Assembly: GCF_006345805.1 (NCBI RefSeq)
Contig: NC_042998.1
Location: forward strand, 175,088,001 to 175,152,000
From: Octopus sinensis
Taxonomy: Eukaryota
Reading direction: 5' to 3'
DNA length: 64,000 nucleotides
Below the pieces are notes generated by a model. It saw only the letters and a list, made by a program, of their open reading frames with translations, was not told the origin of the DNA and ran no database searches. Shown one piece after another: positions 50,738 through 62,603 of the stretch (positions are counted from its first letter, which is position 1; the number at the start of each line of letters is the position of its first letter). The translations under genes and the position numbers were made by a program.

Positions 50738-51069
50738 TTACGGAGATGTACTTGCATAGCAAGTGACCTGATCTGAGATCATGTGCTGAAACAAAAAGAA
50801 TTGCAGCGTGGAAGGTGTTTGTAAGCCATTTAAGAAACACACAAAAGCCGTTCGATTCACTTCAACATTTAAGTTTAATTTGTCAAAATATTTTCGTCGC
50901 TTTGAGACCGCGACTTGTTCACTGACAAAACTCCATGCTAATGAGTGCACAATCTTGAACAGGTCGCAGTCTCAAAGTGACGAAAATATTTTGACAAATT
51001 TAAATGTTGAAGTGAATCTAACAGTTTTTGTGTGTTTCTTAAATGGCTTATAAATACCTTCCACGCTGC
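50738..51069 (-). mobile_element. PLE-type inverted insert, copy 2 (most complete) of the G3:C8 hammerhead family
   Basis: About 60-nt tail, then ~120-bp inverted arms; 12-bp TSD AAAACTAGGAGA at 50726-50737 and 51070-51081. Confidence 0.75.
50879..50929 (-). ncRNA. Apparently intact type I minimal hammerhead ribozyme, G3:C8 core variant with an extra A after A9
   Basis: Minus strand reads TTTGTCA-GTGAACA-A-GTCGC ggtctcaaa GCGAC-GAA-AATATT-T-TGACAAA: perfect 7-bp stem I, 5-bp stem II, palindromic stem III. Confidence 0.7.
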
Positions 51070-52056
51070 AAAACTAGGAGAAATTATGACAAACACAAGT
51101 TTATATCATTTGTCCCTCTTTGTGTTCCACCATTGTGGTTGTTCAGAACCCTGCATTGGATTTTCCAAGTGCAATTGGTTGTTTAATTGTAATGGATCTT
51201 CAGGGAACATTTTATTGCATTATGTTACAGAGAATTAATGTCTGGAATTGGATAAGTGGTGGGGCATTTACTAAGTATTTTGATAGAAGTAGAGAGAAAG
51301 CTAAGGGCAGAGAAAGACAAAGAGAGACAAAGAAACAAGGCAGAGAGAAAAAGCAAAATAGAAAAAAAAGAAAGAAATAAGAGAGAAAAACAAAACTTGA
51401 GTCTTCAGAAGAAAATTTAACTTACTGTAAGATATTTCTGCAGGAAAGAATTTACCAGCTCATATATCTGAGATGGTACAGCTACTACAGGCACAAACAT
51501 TGTCAATTACATTCTCTACCTCCCTAAATGCTAACTGATTGATTGGCTAAGATTCCTTTATCAGTATCTTACAACCACTGATTCACAGCTGTACTTCTGA
51601 TCACTCTGATACACTTTCCTATTCATTTATCTTCTTCTTGTCATCCTTAATGTCTCCCTCCACCAACTTCACTCTAAACACTTTGATCGGTCCTAAAACA
51701 AGAAATCTAGAATTTTCTCTCTTATATTTGTCTTTTCTACAAAAAACATCAATAATATGCTTAAATTCCAATTGAACATCAGCTCCATCTGTTTTACAAG
51801 TCTCCAAAGAATCTGCAAAACTCTCAGGAGCCATTCACTGTAACTAATTACTAAAATATTCAACAGTGGAAGTATTCCAATTTAGACCTCCAATGGTCTG
51901 TCAGATTTGTTTTATACCAATGTTACATTATTTTATTTATGGTTGTTCGGTATTTCTCATTTGATAATATAACTTACACATGAATATACCACAATAATTA
52001 TATAATACCCTGTATAAATATATTTAGATGATTTAGTATAAAAATATATATATTTA

Positions 52057-52298
52057 CAGAGATGTACTTGCATAGCAAGTGACCTGATCTGAGATCATCA
52101 TGTGCTAGAATGAAAACAATTGCAGTGTGGAAGGTGTTTATAAGCCATTTATATGCAGCACGGAATTTTGTCAGTGAACTGGTCGCGGTCTCAAAGCAAC
52201 GAAAATATTTTGACAAATTAAATTTAAATGTTGAAGTGAATCTAACAGTTTTTCTATGTTTCTTAAATGGCTTATAAATACCTTCTTCGCTGAAATTG
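52057..52298 (-). mobile_element. PLE-type inverted insert, copy 3 of the G3:C8 hammerhead family
   Basis: Same tail and inversion; 12-bp TSD TATATATATTTA at 52045-52056 and 52299-52310. Confidence 0.7.
52167..52217 (+). ncRNA. Hammerhead fold, G3:C8 variant, A9 mutated to U
   Basis: TTTGTCA-GTGAACT-G-GTCGC ggtctcaaa GCAAC-GAA-AATATT-T-TGACAAA. Confidence 0.5.
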
Positions 52299-53327
52299 TA
52301 TATATATTTAATTTTACTATAATACAGTGTGATTCAGCCAGTGAAAAAACATATGAACTGAACCAATGAAGTGTGGCTACTTCGACCTTGTTTGATATCA
52401 TTAACTTTCTTATGAGCAAGATTGTGCACTCATTAGTTAGATTGCTTACATTACATATAAACAGTATTTTACCTCCTTAATGCTACAGAACTGGCCCTTA
52501 TGTTCTTGCAGGAATTTTGGATTAGTCCATAATTCAGTTAATTAATCATGCTATGTTTCCTCAGTCTCTGCACAAGACTTTTCGTGTACTTATGTGCAGG
52601 CACTTACACACTCTCTCTTATTAATGGCATGTAATAAATACAACAAGCCATTAACTCCTATAAAACTACAGACTTTGAGTTGGAAGATGAATGATCTCCT
52701 TCTGTCTCTTTGTCTCTCTGTAGAAAACGTTCATTAAATTAGCCTATTTTTTTAATTAATGCCAGATACATGAACAAAATTAATTTATTTCTCTTCTGCC
52801 TCAAGGAAATAATTAAATAATTGTTAGTAATTAAAATACAATTTATTGGAGTTTAGCAAGTTATTTTCTGAAAGTTGCTTTCAATTTTCATTAATGCAAA
52901 TGTTGACTGCAGTTTCCATAGTTCAGCTTGATTATATATATATTAGGGGTTACTGTAAATGCTTGTATGGAATTAGTAAAAGATTAGGGTTTAAGTGTAA
53001 GTTGAACTAAGATTAGTCTTAGGTTTAGAGTTTATCTTAAAGTTAACGAATCAATGACAGGAAATATTGTTATCTGTTTTGTTTTGAGTATTTATGCTAG
53101 GGTACTGTGTTTCTACAACTGTAAATACTATAGAAGCTGTCACCTCAGTGATTTCTATTACTATCATTACCTTAATTACTTCACTAAATGCTATATACAT
53201 CACATTGCTGTATACACATAATTACCAGCATGGAAAAATACACATCAAAACGATTTGACTACTATTTGTAGCAGATACAACTATCTGCTACAAATGGTTG
53301 CTGCATTTCACTCAAAGAGAATATACC

Positions 53328-53560
53328 TATTTCTTTATTACCCACAAGGGGCTAAACATAGAGTGGACAAACAAGGACAGACATAGGTATTAAGTCGATT
53401 ACATCGACCCCAGTGCGTAACTGGTACTTAATTTATTGACCCCAAAAGGATGAAAGGCAAAGTCGACCTCGGCGGAATTTGAACTCACAATTTAACGACA
53501 GACGAAATACGGCTACGCATTTTGCCCGACGTGCTAACGTTTCTGCCAGCTCGCCGCCTT
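53328..53560 (-). mobile_element. CORE-like SINE, family 1, young copy
   Basis: Reverse complement of the 41743 copy; 16-bp TSD TCAAAGAGAATATACC at 53312-53327 and 53561-53576. Confidence 0.9.
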
Positions 53561-54494
53561 TCAAAGAGAATATACCATTGTGCATAAAAAGATAATGCTG
53601 GTGACATTATTATTAGCTGGCAGATTAGTTGTATTTCATCTGTCTTTACATTCTGAGTTCAAATTCTGCCAAGATCAACTTGACATTTCATCTTTTTGGT
53701 GTCATTAAAATAAGTACCAGTTGACTACTGGGTGGGGTGGGGAGTCATTGTAATTGCCTCGCCTCCCCCCACTCCCTCCAAATTTCAGGCTGTGCTTGTT
53801 GTAGAAAGGACTATTAGTATTCTTATTATTATTAATGTTAAGGTGATGAGATGCAGAATCATTAGCACAGACCAAATGCTTAGCAGCATTTCTTCTAGTT
53901 TTATGTTCTGAGTTCAAATTCCTGCTGAAGCTGACTTTTTTCTTTCCGTCCTTTCAGGCTCGATGAAATAAGTACCAATTGAACATTGGGAATGATATAA
54001 TCAAGTTAACTCCACCTTTGAACATTGGGAATGATATAATCAAGTTAACTCCACCTTTGAACTTGCTGCCAAAATTTGAAACATTATTAGTGCCTGCCGA
54101 ATGGTTTCATTGCTCTGCACACATCTCAGACAGTCCCACCTGATAACACTTCCATGGCTCTAGGGTTTGTCTCAAACTGGGAGTGCTCTATACATATCTT
54201 AGACAGGAGCACTTCCAGTTTGAGATAAACCCTACAGGCATGGAAGCGCTATCAGGTTGGACTGTCCAAGATACACACAGAAAAAAAACATTCTGCAAGC
54301 ACTCATGCAGTGCATGCGTATTACTGACTTGTGGAGTTACAACGAACAGCTGTTCTCACATGTGGGATGAAGTTGACTATTGGCAGGGCAGGTGGTGTTC
54401 CTCTGTCTAATAGCTATGAGGAAAGAGGTCGTGTGTTGGTCAAGGCTGAAAGGATTAAGGAAAGACACATTCCTCTTCAGTCAAACTCTCATCA

Positions 54495-54495
<1 letters not shown>

Positions 54496-54525
<30 letters not shown>

Positions 54526-54529
54526 CTTC

Positions 54530-54566
<37 letters not shown>

Positions 54567-54614
54567 ATCATCATTATCATTATTATTATTATTATTATCA
54601 TCATCATCATCATC
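54496..54614. repeat. Compound trinucleotide microsatellite (CTT)n(CAT)n(TAT)n(CAT)n
   Basis: Read directly; it generates the poly-L/H/F/I/Y ORFs. Confidence 0.95.
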
Positions 54615-56089
54615 AAAGCAGCAAGTTGGCAGAATCGTTAGTGCATTGGATAAAATGCTTGCTGGCATTCCTTCTGGTTCTTTATATTCTGTGTTATAAT
54701 GCTGCTGAGGTTAAGTTTGCTGTTCACCTTTTGAGGTTGATAAAGTTTTGCTATGGGTTGGCTGTGTGTATTTCCTTTAGTTCTACTTATCGGTGAGATC
54801 TAATCACTTCATACTGGGTCTTTTGTTAACTTCTTTGTACTTTATGTATCTTCTATCGTTGAGACAAATCTTTTATACATCCAGCAAGTATTATTTGCAG
54901 TTCTCACCACTCTCAGTAATTTCATTTTCATCCATGTTTTGTTTTTTTCTTTTTTACATAATCATCAGAAATCTTTAATTTTCCTATACAATAATTTTAA
55001 GGCTTAAACTGATTGTCTAAAACAAGAAAAGATCTCATGTTTTAACAGCTGAACAATTTTCATTTCAAATTTCTTTGGTTCTAATGCTTTCATGTCAAAC
55101 TGTAAACATCTTATAGAATCCCTTCGACTGCTGTTTTATTGATGAAGATTTGAACTTCTAAGTAAGGAAACAATAAAAATGACATAGCACCTGAAACAGA
55201 TAAAATTTTGATTACTTGCCAGTGCAGCATCACATCATTATTATCATTATTTAATGTCCTCCTTCCATGGCAGGGGTTGGACAGTTTGACAAGCTGACAG
55301 CTGCACTAAGCTCTATTTGCTTTGGTATGGTTTATATGGCTGGATGCCCTTCCACTTCAGTGTTCTGATTCTTTTACATGACACTGGTCCTTGTGAGGTT
55401 ACCAAGTTATTCACAAGACAAAACCTGTTTGATTGAGGAGTTACCATATTGAAGGAGGTAGCTTTATGCCTGATGATGAGAGGTTAAATTATGATAGAGG
55501 GACAGAAATAGGTGTTTTGCTGTAGAGGAGACACATGGTTGTTCAAGTTAGTGAAAAGGTATCAGGGCATACCTTCAAGTTACAGGAAGAGTGTCCCTTT
55601 TCCAAAAATTGACCTTCCTTTTCAGGGTGAGGAAAACTCTGATCAGTTACCTTCAACAAAGCTTATCTAAAATTTACAATAAAATGTGGCTGTTATGTCT
55701 GATGGGTGCTGCTACTTGCACACAAACATCCAAAGGAAAGCCATCCCTTAACGATCTTCAGACAATTATAAAAAAAAAAAAAGATGAAATTAGTTACAAA
55801 ATGAGCATGTTATTGAGAAGCTCTCAGTAATCATTATCATCACCTCCACCATCATCATCATTCTTCTTTCCATGCTGGCGTAGGTTGGACAGTTTGACAA
55901 GTACAGATGAGCCAGAACAGAGTAGTGATTTATGAAATTTCAAACTCCAATGAATTGCACCACTCTACTTTCAGTATTGAGTACCTTGTTTTCTTCCTCT
56001 CATCTACATTACATAATCAGTCACTTTTTCCATTCATTCATCCATAAATCTACTTCCAATTTAATTGGAAAGTTAAATATATAAAATCA

Positions 56090-56301
56090 TGTGACCGTAT
56101 GTGTACCGTTGGTGATTTTTTTTCCCTCCATCTTCCCTTCTCTGGATCTTTCCTTTTCCTATGTTTCTAACGAAGAGTTCCGCTCGAAACGTTAAACCCT
56201 CCTTCTTCCCTTCCTTCCTGAGCGTCTAATAATACTATATTTGATCCACGTCCTCGCGTTGTTGTGTTTTCTCTTTGTGTTTCCATGTTTGGATTAACTT
56301 T
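56090..56301 (+). mobile_element. PLE-like terminal fragment ending in (TA)n, with a hammerhead fold at 56163-56197
   Basis: GTTT-CTAACGA-A-GAG ttccg CTC-GAA-ACGT-T-AAAC; CpG-rich; abuts (TA)n. Confidence 0.55.
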
Positions 56302-56395
56302 ATATATATATATGTGTGTGTGTGTGTTTATTTATTTATTCAGTATGTACTTATGCATAAATTTATTCAACTTTCTTTTTATTAATCTTTTTTAG

Positions 56396-56444
56396 CTTCA
56401 ACTATATAAACCATAAACCATGCCGAAAAAGAAGTTTTATTTTG
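56396..56444 (+). CDS. Candidate 49-nt exon of an unidentified gene (MPKKKFYF.. from ATG 56420, or internal FNYINHKPCRKRSFIL)
   Basis: Strong acceptor ctttctttttattaatcttttttag| and donor G|gtaagt; two open readings; no homology recognised. Confidence 0.3.
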
Positions 56445-57914
56445 GTAAGTGATTTCTGTAAGCTGTAATTACTAATTTTCAGATATTACTAAACTTCCAT
56501 AGAAGAAGCATGAATAAACTGAAATTAATGTAAACCCTTAAAAAATAAAAGAAACTACATTTCTCTGTTAGCATTTAGTGATAGTTAGTGGTCATTGTTT
56601 AGAGTCCGATCAACCATGATCAAATTGAACTAAGATCCAAGGTGTTCCAGCTAAGATTATGCCATCATTTTTCTCAGTCATATTCTACAAAGGAGCATGT
56701 TATTCAATATGAGACCAACCTCTTTAATACAGAAGGATGTGATTTGAGAATGATTTGGTTGTTATTTCTAGCCCTACAAGCCTCTGTGTAGAAACTCGCT
56801 GCATTAGCTTATGGAGCCCTTAAGCAAAGAATTTTACTTTCTTTATACCATCACCATCCAGCTATTAATTTTTAAAAGCTTTTTATGTTGTTTTCTTCTT
56901 CGGTAAGGTGCATCCAGCACAGATTGGAGGTGGGAGAGGTTAAGGTAATGATGGTGACAGTGGGGGGAATGTATATCTTCTAGTTAGGACCATAACACTT
57001 TAAAGTGCTCTGCGCTTTGTTTTTGTAAGATATTGTTATGTCTGTATATATATATATATACACACATACTTACACACATGCATGTGTATATGTACATAAT
57101 GATTATGTGTGCATACATACCTGCATATCTCTCTCTCTCTCACACTCTCACACACACACACACACACACATGCACACAATTTGATTAGCTGCAGTTGCTA
57201 TACTCAGGTTTTCACCCCCATTTAACAGTGGCATGTTTTTCTGAATTGGTTAAAGAACATGTTTGCTTTGTTAATTATTTGCACAGTATGAGAAGAGACC
57301 CCAGGTATCAACTAAATACAATCTAGCATCAATACACACACACACACACACACATATATGTATACATACACACACACACACAATTTAAGAAACAGACACC
57401 TTTACCCATTTTGTATACACACCAACATAAACATATGAAACACAGATTTGAACACCAAATCCAGTGTACATAAACACACACATGCACATACGTATACACA
57501 TTCTCTCTCTCTCTCTCTCTCTCTCTTACACATAATACACACACACCAGCTTTATTCTTTCATTTTGTTATAACTGACATCTATCCAAAATCTCTCTTTC
57601 TCTCTCCCTCTTTCCCCTTTCCTTCTCTCAACTTTCCATGTTTTCACCCTATCTTGATATGTTTGTGTTTGCTGCTCTCTATTAATCAGTTAATTGACTA
57701 GGTTCAAGGTATTGCATAATTTCTATTGCAGAAAGCCTCTGACAATAACTCACTCTCTCTGTCAGCTTCCCTCTCTCTCTCTCTCTCTCTCTACAAGTGT
57801 GTGTGCATGCGCATATACACATTGTGAATACATAGGTGCAAAACAAGGTGAAGAAAATACTACTGGAATATCAGGATTTTGTTGAAACTAAAAAGCTTCA
57901 CAAACTGTTACTCA

Positions 57915-58298
57915 TAACTCTTTCTCTTTTACTTTCTCTTTTACTTGTTTCAGTCATTTGACTGCAGCCATGCTGGAGCACCGCCTTTAGTCAAGCAAAT
58001 CGACCCCGGGACTTATTCTTTGTAAGCCCAGTACTTATTCTATCGGTCTCTTTTGCCGAACCGCTAAGTGACGGGGACATAAAGACACCAGCATCGGTTG
58101 TCAAGCAATGCTAGGGGGACAAACACAGACACACAAACATACACACACATACATATATGCATATACATATATACGACAGGCTTCTTTCAGTTTCCGTCTA
58201 CCAAATCCACTCACAAGGCATTGGTTGGCCCGGGGCTATAGCAGAAGACATTTGCCCAAGATGCCACGCAGTGGGACTGAACCCGGAACCATGTGGCT
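57915..58298 (-). mobile_element. SINE family 2 copy, head truncated
   Basis: Near-identical to 30265-30650. Confidence 0.8.
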
Positions 58299-58739
58299 GT
58301 TTCACATAACTCATCATCAGCAGAAGTTTGATGATCAGTTATGTGAAACACTGAGTAACAGTTTGGGAAGTTTTGCAGCCCCAATAAAGCAAGCATTATA
58401 TTATCATCATCATCATCATCATCACATCCACTTTTCCATACTTGTATATGAATCAACAGAATTTGTTGAGCACATTTTTTACTGCCAGATGCCCCACCTG
58501 ATATTTTTTCATGAAAGACTAGAAATGAATGACACCACTTGTATGAGAGTAACTCGCTTACACATGCCAAAACAAGGGAACACAAATATGCATGCATACA
58601 CACACACATGCAGTAATGGGCTTCCTTCAGTTTCCATCTACCAAATCTACTCAAGGTTTTAGTAGAAAACATTGGGACTGAACCCAAAACCATTTAGTTG
58701 GGAAGTTAACTATTTAAGCACACAACCATGCCTGCATCT

Positions 58740-58776
<37 letters not shown>

Positions 58777-59329
58777 ATATTTTCGCACACATGCACACTC
58801 AATTTTTTATATGCTCCTGCCAACCTGACTAGCTCCTGTGCCTGCGGCATGTAAAAAGCATCATTCAAGCATGGTCAATGCCTGAGCCACCTGGCTGACC
58901 CCTGTGTCAGTGGCACATAAAAAGCACCCACTACACTCTCAGAGTGGTTGGCATTAGGAATGGCATCCAGCTGTAGAATCCTTACCAGATCAGATTGTAA
59001 CCTGGTACAGCCTCCTGGCTTGCTAAGTTCTCAGTCAAACCGTCCAACCCATGCCAGCATGGAAATTGGACGTTAAACAATGATGATGATGATATATGTG
59101 TAATTAGATGCATTCTTACATGTGTATGTATGTATTTGTGCATATATATAGATATGCATATATCATATTCCCTTTCGTCATCTGGCTGCTCATCCCATTG
59201 TTTCATGCTAGCATTGACTTTACAATGAAACCATCTTCCTAACACTAGGATTGTTCATCAGAGTCCAAGACAGTTTATATTGGAGTTACTATACTTTTAA
59301 CTGAGAAAGGGTGCTGTGGGGAAGAGATT

Positions 59330-59950
59330 CACACAAAGGGTGTTAAGGAAAAAGTGTAACAAGAGGGAAAATGAAAAGTAGTGTTAAGGCTAGTGAGAGG
59401 AAGTTAGTGATAGGACCAGGGGCCTCAGTTGCCTTAAAAATGTGAAGCTCCTCCTGCGCCAGTTTGGTACTATGCAACATACCACCTGGATTGATGGTGG
59501 TACTTTGTTTTTTAATTGGGAAATAGTAAGGGAGACTTGTCCCCTGGTACACCTCCCCCCCCCCTGAAACAAGGCTCTTGAATAGGACAATTGGGAGGGT
59601 TGAATAGGAGAAAATGCTATGCTCCTCCATGTTATGTATGGGTAGATAATGTGGTACTTGACAATTAAGAATTGGGCCATATTTTCAAGGTAACATCACC
59701 AAAAGTGCATTGCAACAATCAGGGCATCAGAATCAGGGTGGATGGTAAAAGTTGCCAGAGTAATCTCTCTCTGTTCAATGATCATAACTGAGGGGTAAGT
59801 TGGAGTAGCAGGATATAGTTGGTGGAGGTGTGAAGAAGAGAAATATTCAGTGTGCACAAATTGAGTATTTTTCTTTCAATTGTGAGTAGCATAGCTTGAT
59901 GAGTAGAAGAAAGGATAAGAGAATGAGAAGGTACAGAACAGGCACAGTAA
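59330..59950 (-). mobile_element. Possible decayed Penelope-like GIY-YIG C-terminal remnant
   Basis: EELHIFKATEAPGPITNFLSL loosely resembles the PLE ORF end (EQ.LIF.LGTL.P.GIN..F); weak. Confidence 0.25.
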
Positions 59951-62381
59951 CTGAGAGAGTAGATGAGGGCAGGTTGCATACACTAACCCAATATTTCAAA
60001 AAGGGATTTGGCCAAGCTTATATGTGAGATTAGGTCTTCTGTAGCACCAAATATCGTCATAGTCTCCTAGCATCTCCTTTATCAATTTGAACATCTTGGG
60101 GCCATTTTTCGCTACCTCATTTCGAGTTTCTCTTACTCATTTGTGTCTGTCTGTCTATCTATCTATCTACCTAAACACACACACATGTACATATATGTGT
60201 GTGTGTATATGTTTGTGTGTATATTAACTTTGATGTTGGCTTGGTATCATAAAAATATCAAAAGCACTTGATAAACATCTCTCGCTTTCTTTTCTTTTTC
60301 TGTACACACACACACACACACAGTTTCTTTTCACATGGTCAAACATACAAAGTAAGTTAAAACACATACGTACAATTTCTGTATAGTCTCCTTATTTTTA
60401 CTATCTCCAATCAAGTGTTGTGCACAAGTTCTGGTCTAATTGTTACAGAGAAGTCAGCTTTTGTAACTTACTAGAAATTTTGTTAATTATCTAAGTTTGT
60501 TGGCCAACTCAAACTGACTTCTGTCTCTCTTTTTCTCTCTCTTCTCCCTCTACTCTCGCTCTCTCTCTCTCCATCCCATTCTCTGAGTGCTACTATGTGT
60601 GTAAACCAGTCAGTCTTAAAAGGTGTGTGTAGGGCCTGTTTCTGTGTTTGTTGGGTGTTATGTATGGTAGGAGAATTCTCTGGGAACTGTGTGTATGAAT
60701 GTACTTCAATTTTGTGAGGGGGTTCGTATGAATTATTGTTCTGTTGAAGAAGATAAATGTATGACTATGTATGTCTCTTAGTGTATGTCAGTATGGTTGG
60801 TTGTCGGTGTCTGTGATCATGTTATAAATATATGAGTCAGTTATATAATATTGCTGTCTTATTTGAGAAAGATATCCAAATACACTATAAGGTTTATTAA
60901 TTTACTAGCTTAAAGCCACACTCCATGCAGCTAGCTCCTATGGGGCTGATTGGGTCTGCGGCCCAAAACAAAAGAGAGCTAAATAGCATGACTATAATAC
61001 GTCTGTAATGACTGTATACCCCAGTGGTGTTTGATCAGAAGTTAAGGACAGATGAGAATTAATTCTGTAATGCAATCATTCAATTGTTCCAGTCCCAAGT
61101 TGAATTCCAACTGTTGGCCAATTTGTCCCAAAGTTCTTATCTCGATGTAAAATTAACAAAGTGAATGTCATTTATCTCCCCCTTAATCTCTGACGTCATC
61201 TGACAAATGTCAAGCAAGATAGTGTGAATCAGCGAGGCTCTACCTCCTGGAAATAGCAGCCAAAATGTTTTTAAATCAGATTTCAATGCTGGATGTTCAA
61301 GAACCAAACGAAGGGTAGATTTTCAATCCTGGCATCATGTATAATATGTCTCTGAAGAGCAAGTATAGACTGAGATATAGGAGTCCCAGATAGAATTTCA
61401 CTTTTATTAATTATAGATTAATCAATTAAGGTAGCAAGCTGGTAGTGTTATTACTATGCTGGAAAAAAAAAAATTAGCAGCATTTCTTCCAGCTCTTTAC
61501 ATTCTGAGTTCAAATGCCACTATGGTCAGCTTTGTTTTTCATCTTTTCAGGATTGATAAAACAAGTAGCAGTTGAGCACTAGGGTCAATGTAATTGACAT
61601 TTCCCCTCCTTTCAAAATTGTTGGCCCTTAGCCAAGATTACGAAGAATTTATTTATCAGTTTTGTATAAAATATTGCTTTGAAAAAGTGTTAGTGTTGCT
61701 GTTGTGCTGACCTATGACATAGAAGTCATCATCATCATCATCATCCGCTTTCCATGCTAGCATGGGTTGGACGGTTCAACTGGGGTTTGGGAAGCCAGAA
61801 GGCTGCACCAGGCCCAGTCTGATCTGGCAATGTTTCTATGGCTGGATGCCCTTCCTAACGCCAACCACTCCGTGAGTGTAGTAGCTAACAAAATTTGTTG
61901 GTGATCACACATTTATCATCATATTTATAGAGTTGTAGAATATCCAATGTAACAAGTTCCCGCATTTGACAAACATTCTTACTTTGGTTACACTCTCTCT
62001 ATTATCTGAATATTTCAGAATCAGTAGGTCCCTATTTTGAAAATGTTGGGGATTCTGTAATCTGTGTGTGTGTGTATGGTATGCATGTGTAGTTCTCTCA
62101 CAAAAATACAAGAACTTGTCAATTATTCAAAATAAAGTCTTTTGCCTTAAAATAGCATTCATACAAGAAACACAAATGAGCTTAATGCAACCCTCGGCAA
62201 CTGTAAGTTGAAGCATCCCCACTCATTTGAATTAAATTCACTGACACCATCCCAATTTGCTTCATTTCATTTGCACCCACCATAAAGAATCTACTGAAAT
62301 TTGAACCAGCATTCAACAACTGCTTCCATTCTGTCCACTCCTGCAATCATAAAATTATATTTATTTCAACTAAGACTTTAA

Positions 62382-62603
62382 CCCTTTAGCATTCAGATTA
62401 CTCTGTCAAATTTCAAGGTTATTGATACTCATTATTTTGAATTAGTTATGCATTATCTTGTAGCTTTAAGAGTTTGATAGTGTGATAGTTTATTTTTAGA
62501 ATGACATTGTTGTGAAGATGTGGGAGGTTAGATCTGGCTCATTTGAACTTCAACTGAATAGGATATTTTGGCTGAATATGGTTGGTTTAAATGCTAATAT
62601 GGG
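62382..62603. mobile_element. piggyBac-type MITE
   Basis: TTAA at 62378-81 and 62604-7; ends CCCTTTAGCATT / AATGCTAATATGGG. Confidence 0.75.

Noticed and set aside
54331-54796. Poly-L/H/S and poly-F/I/Y ORFs
   Set aside because: They come from the compound trinucleotide microsatellite.
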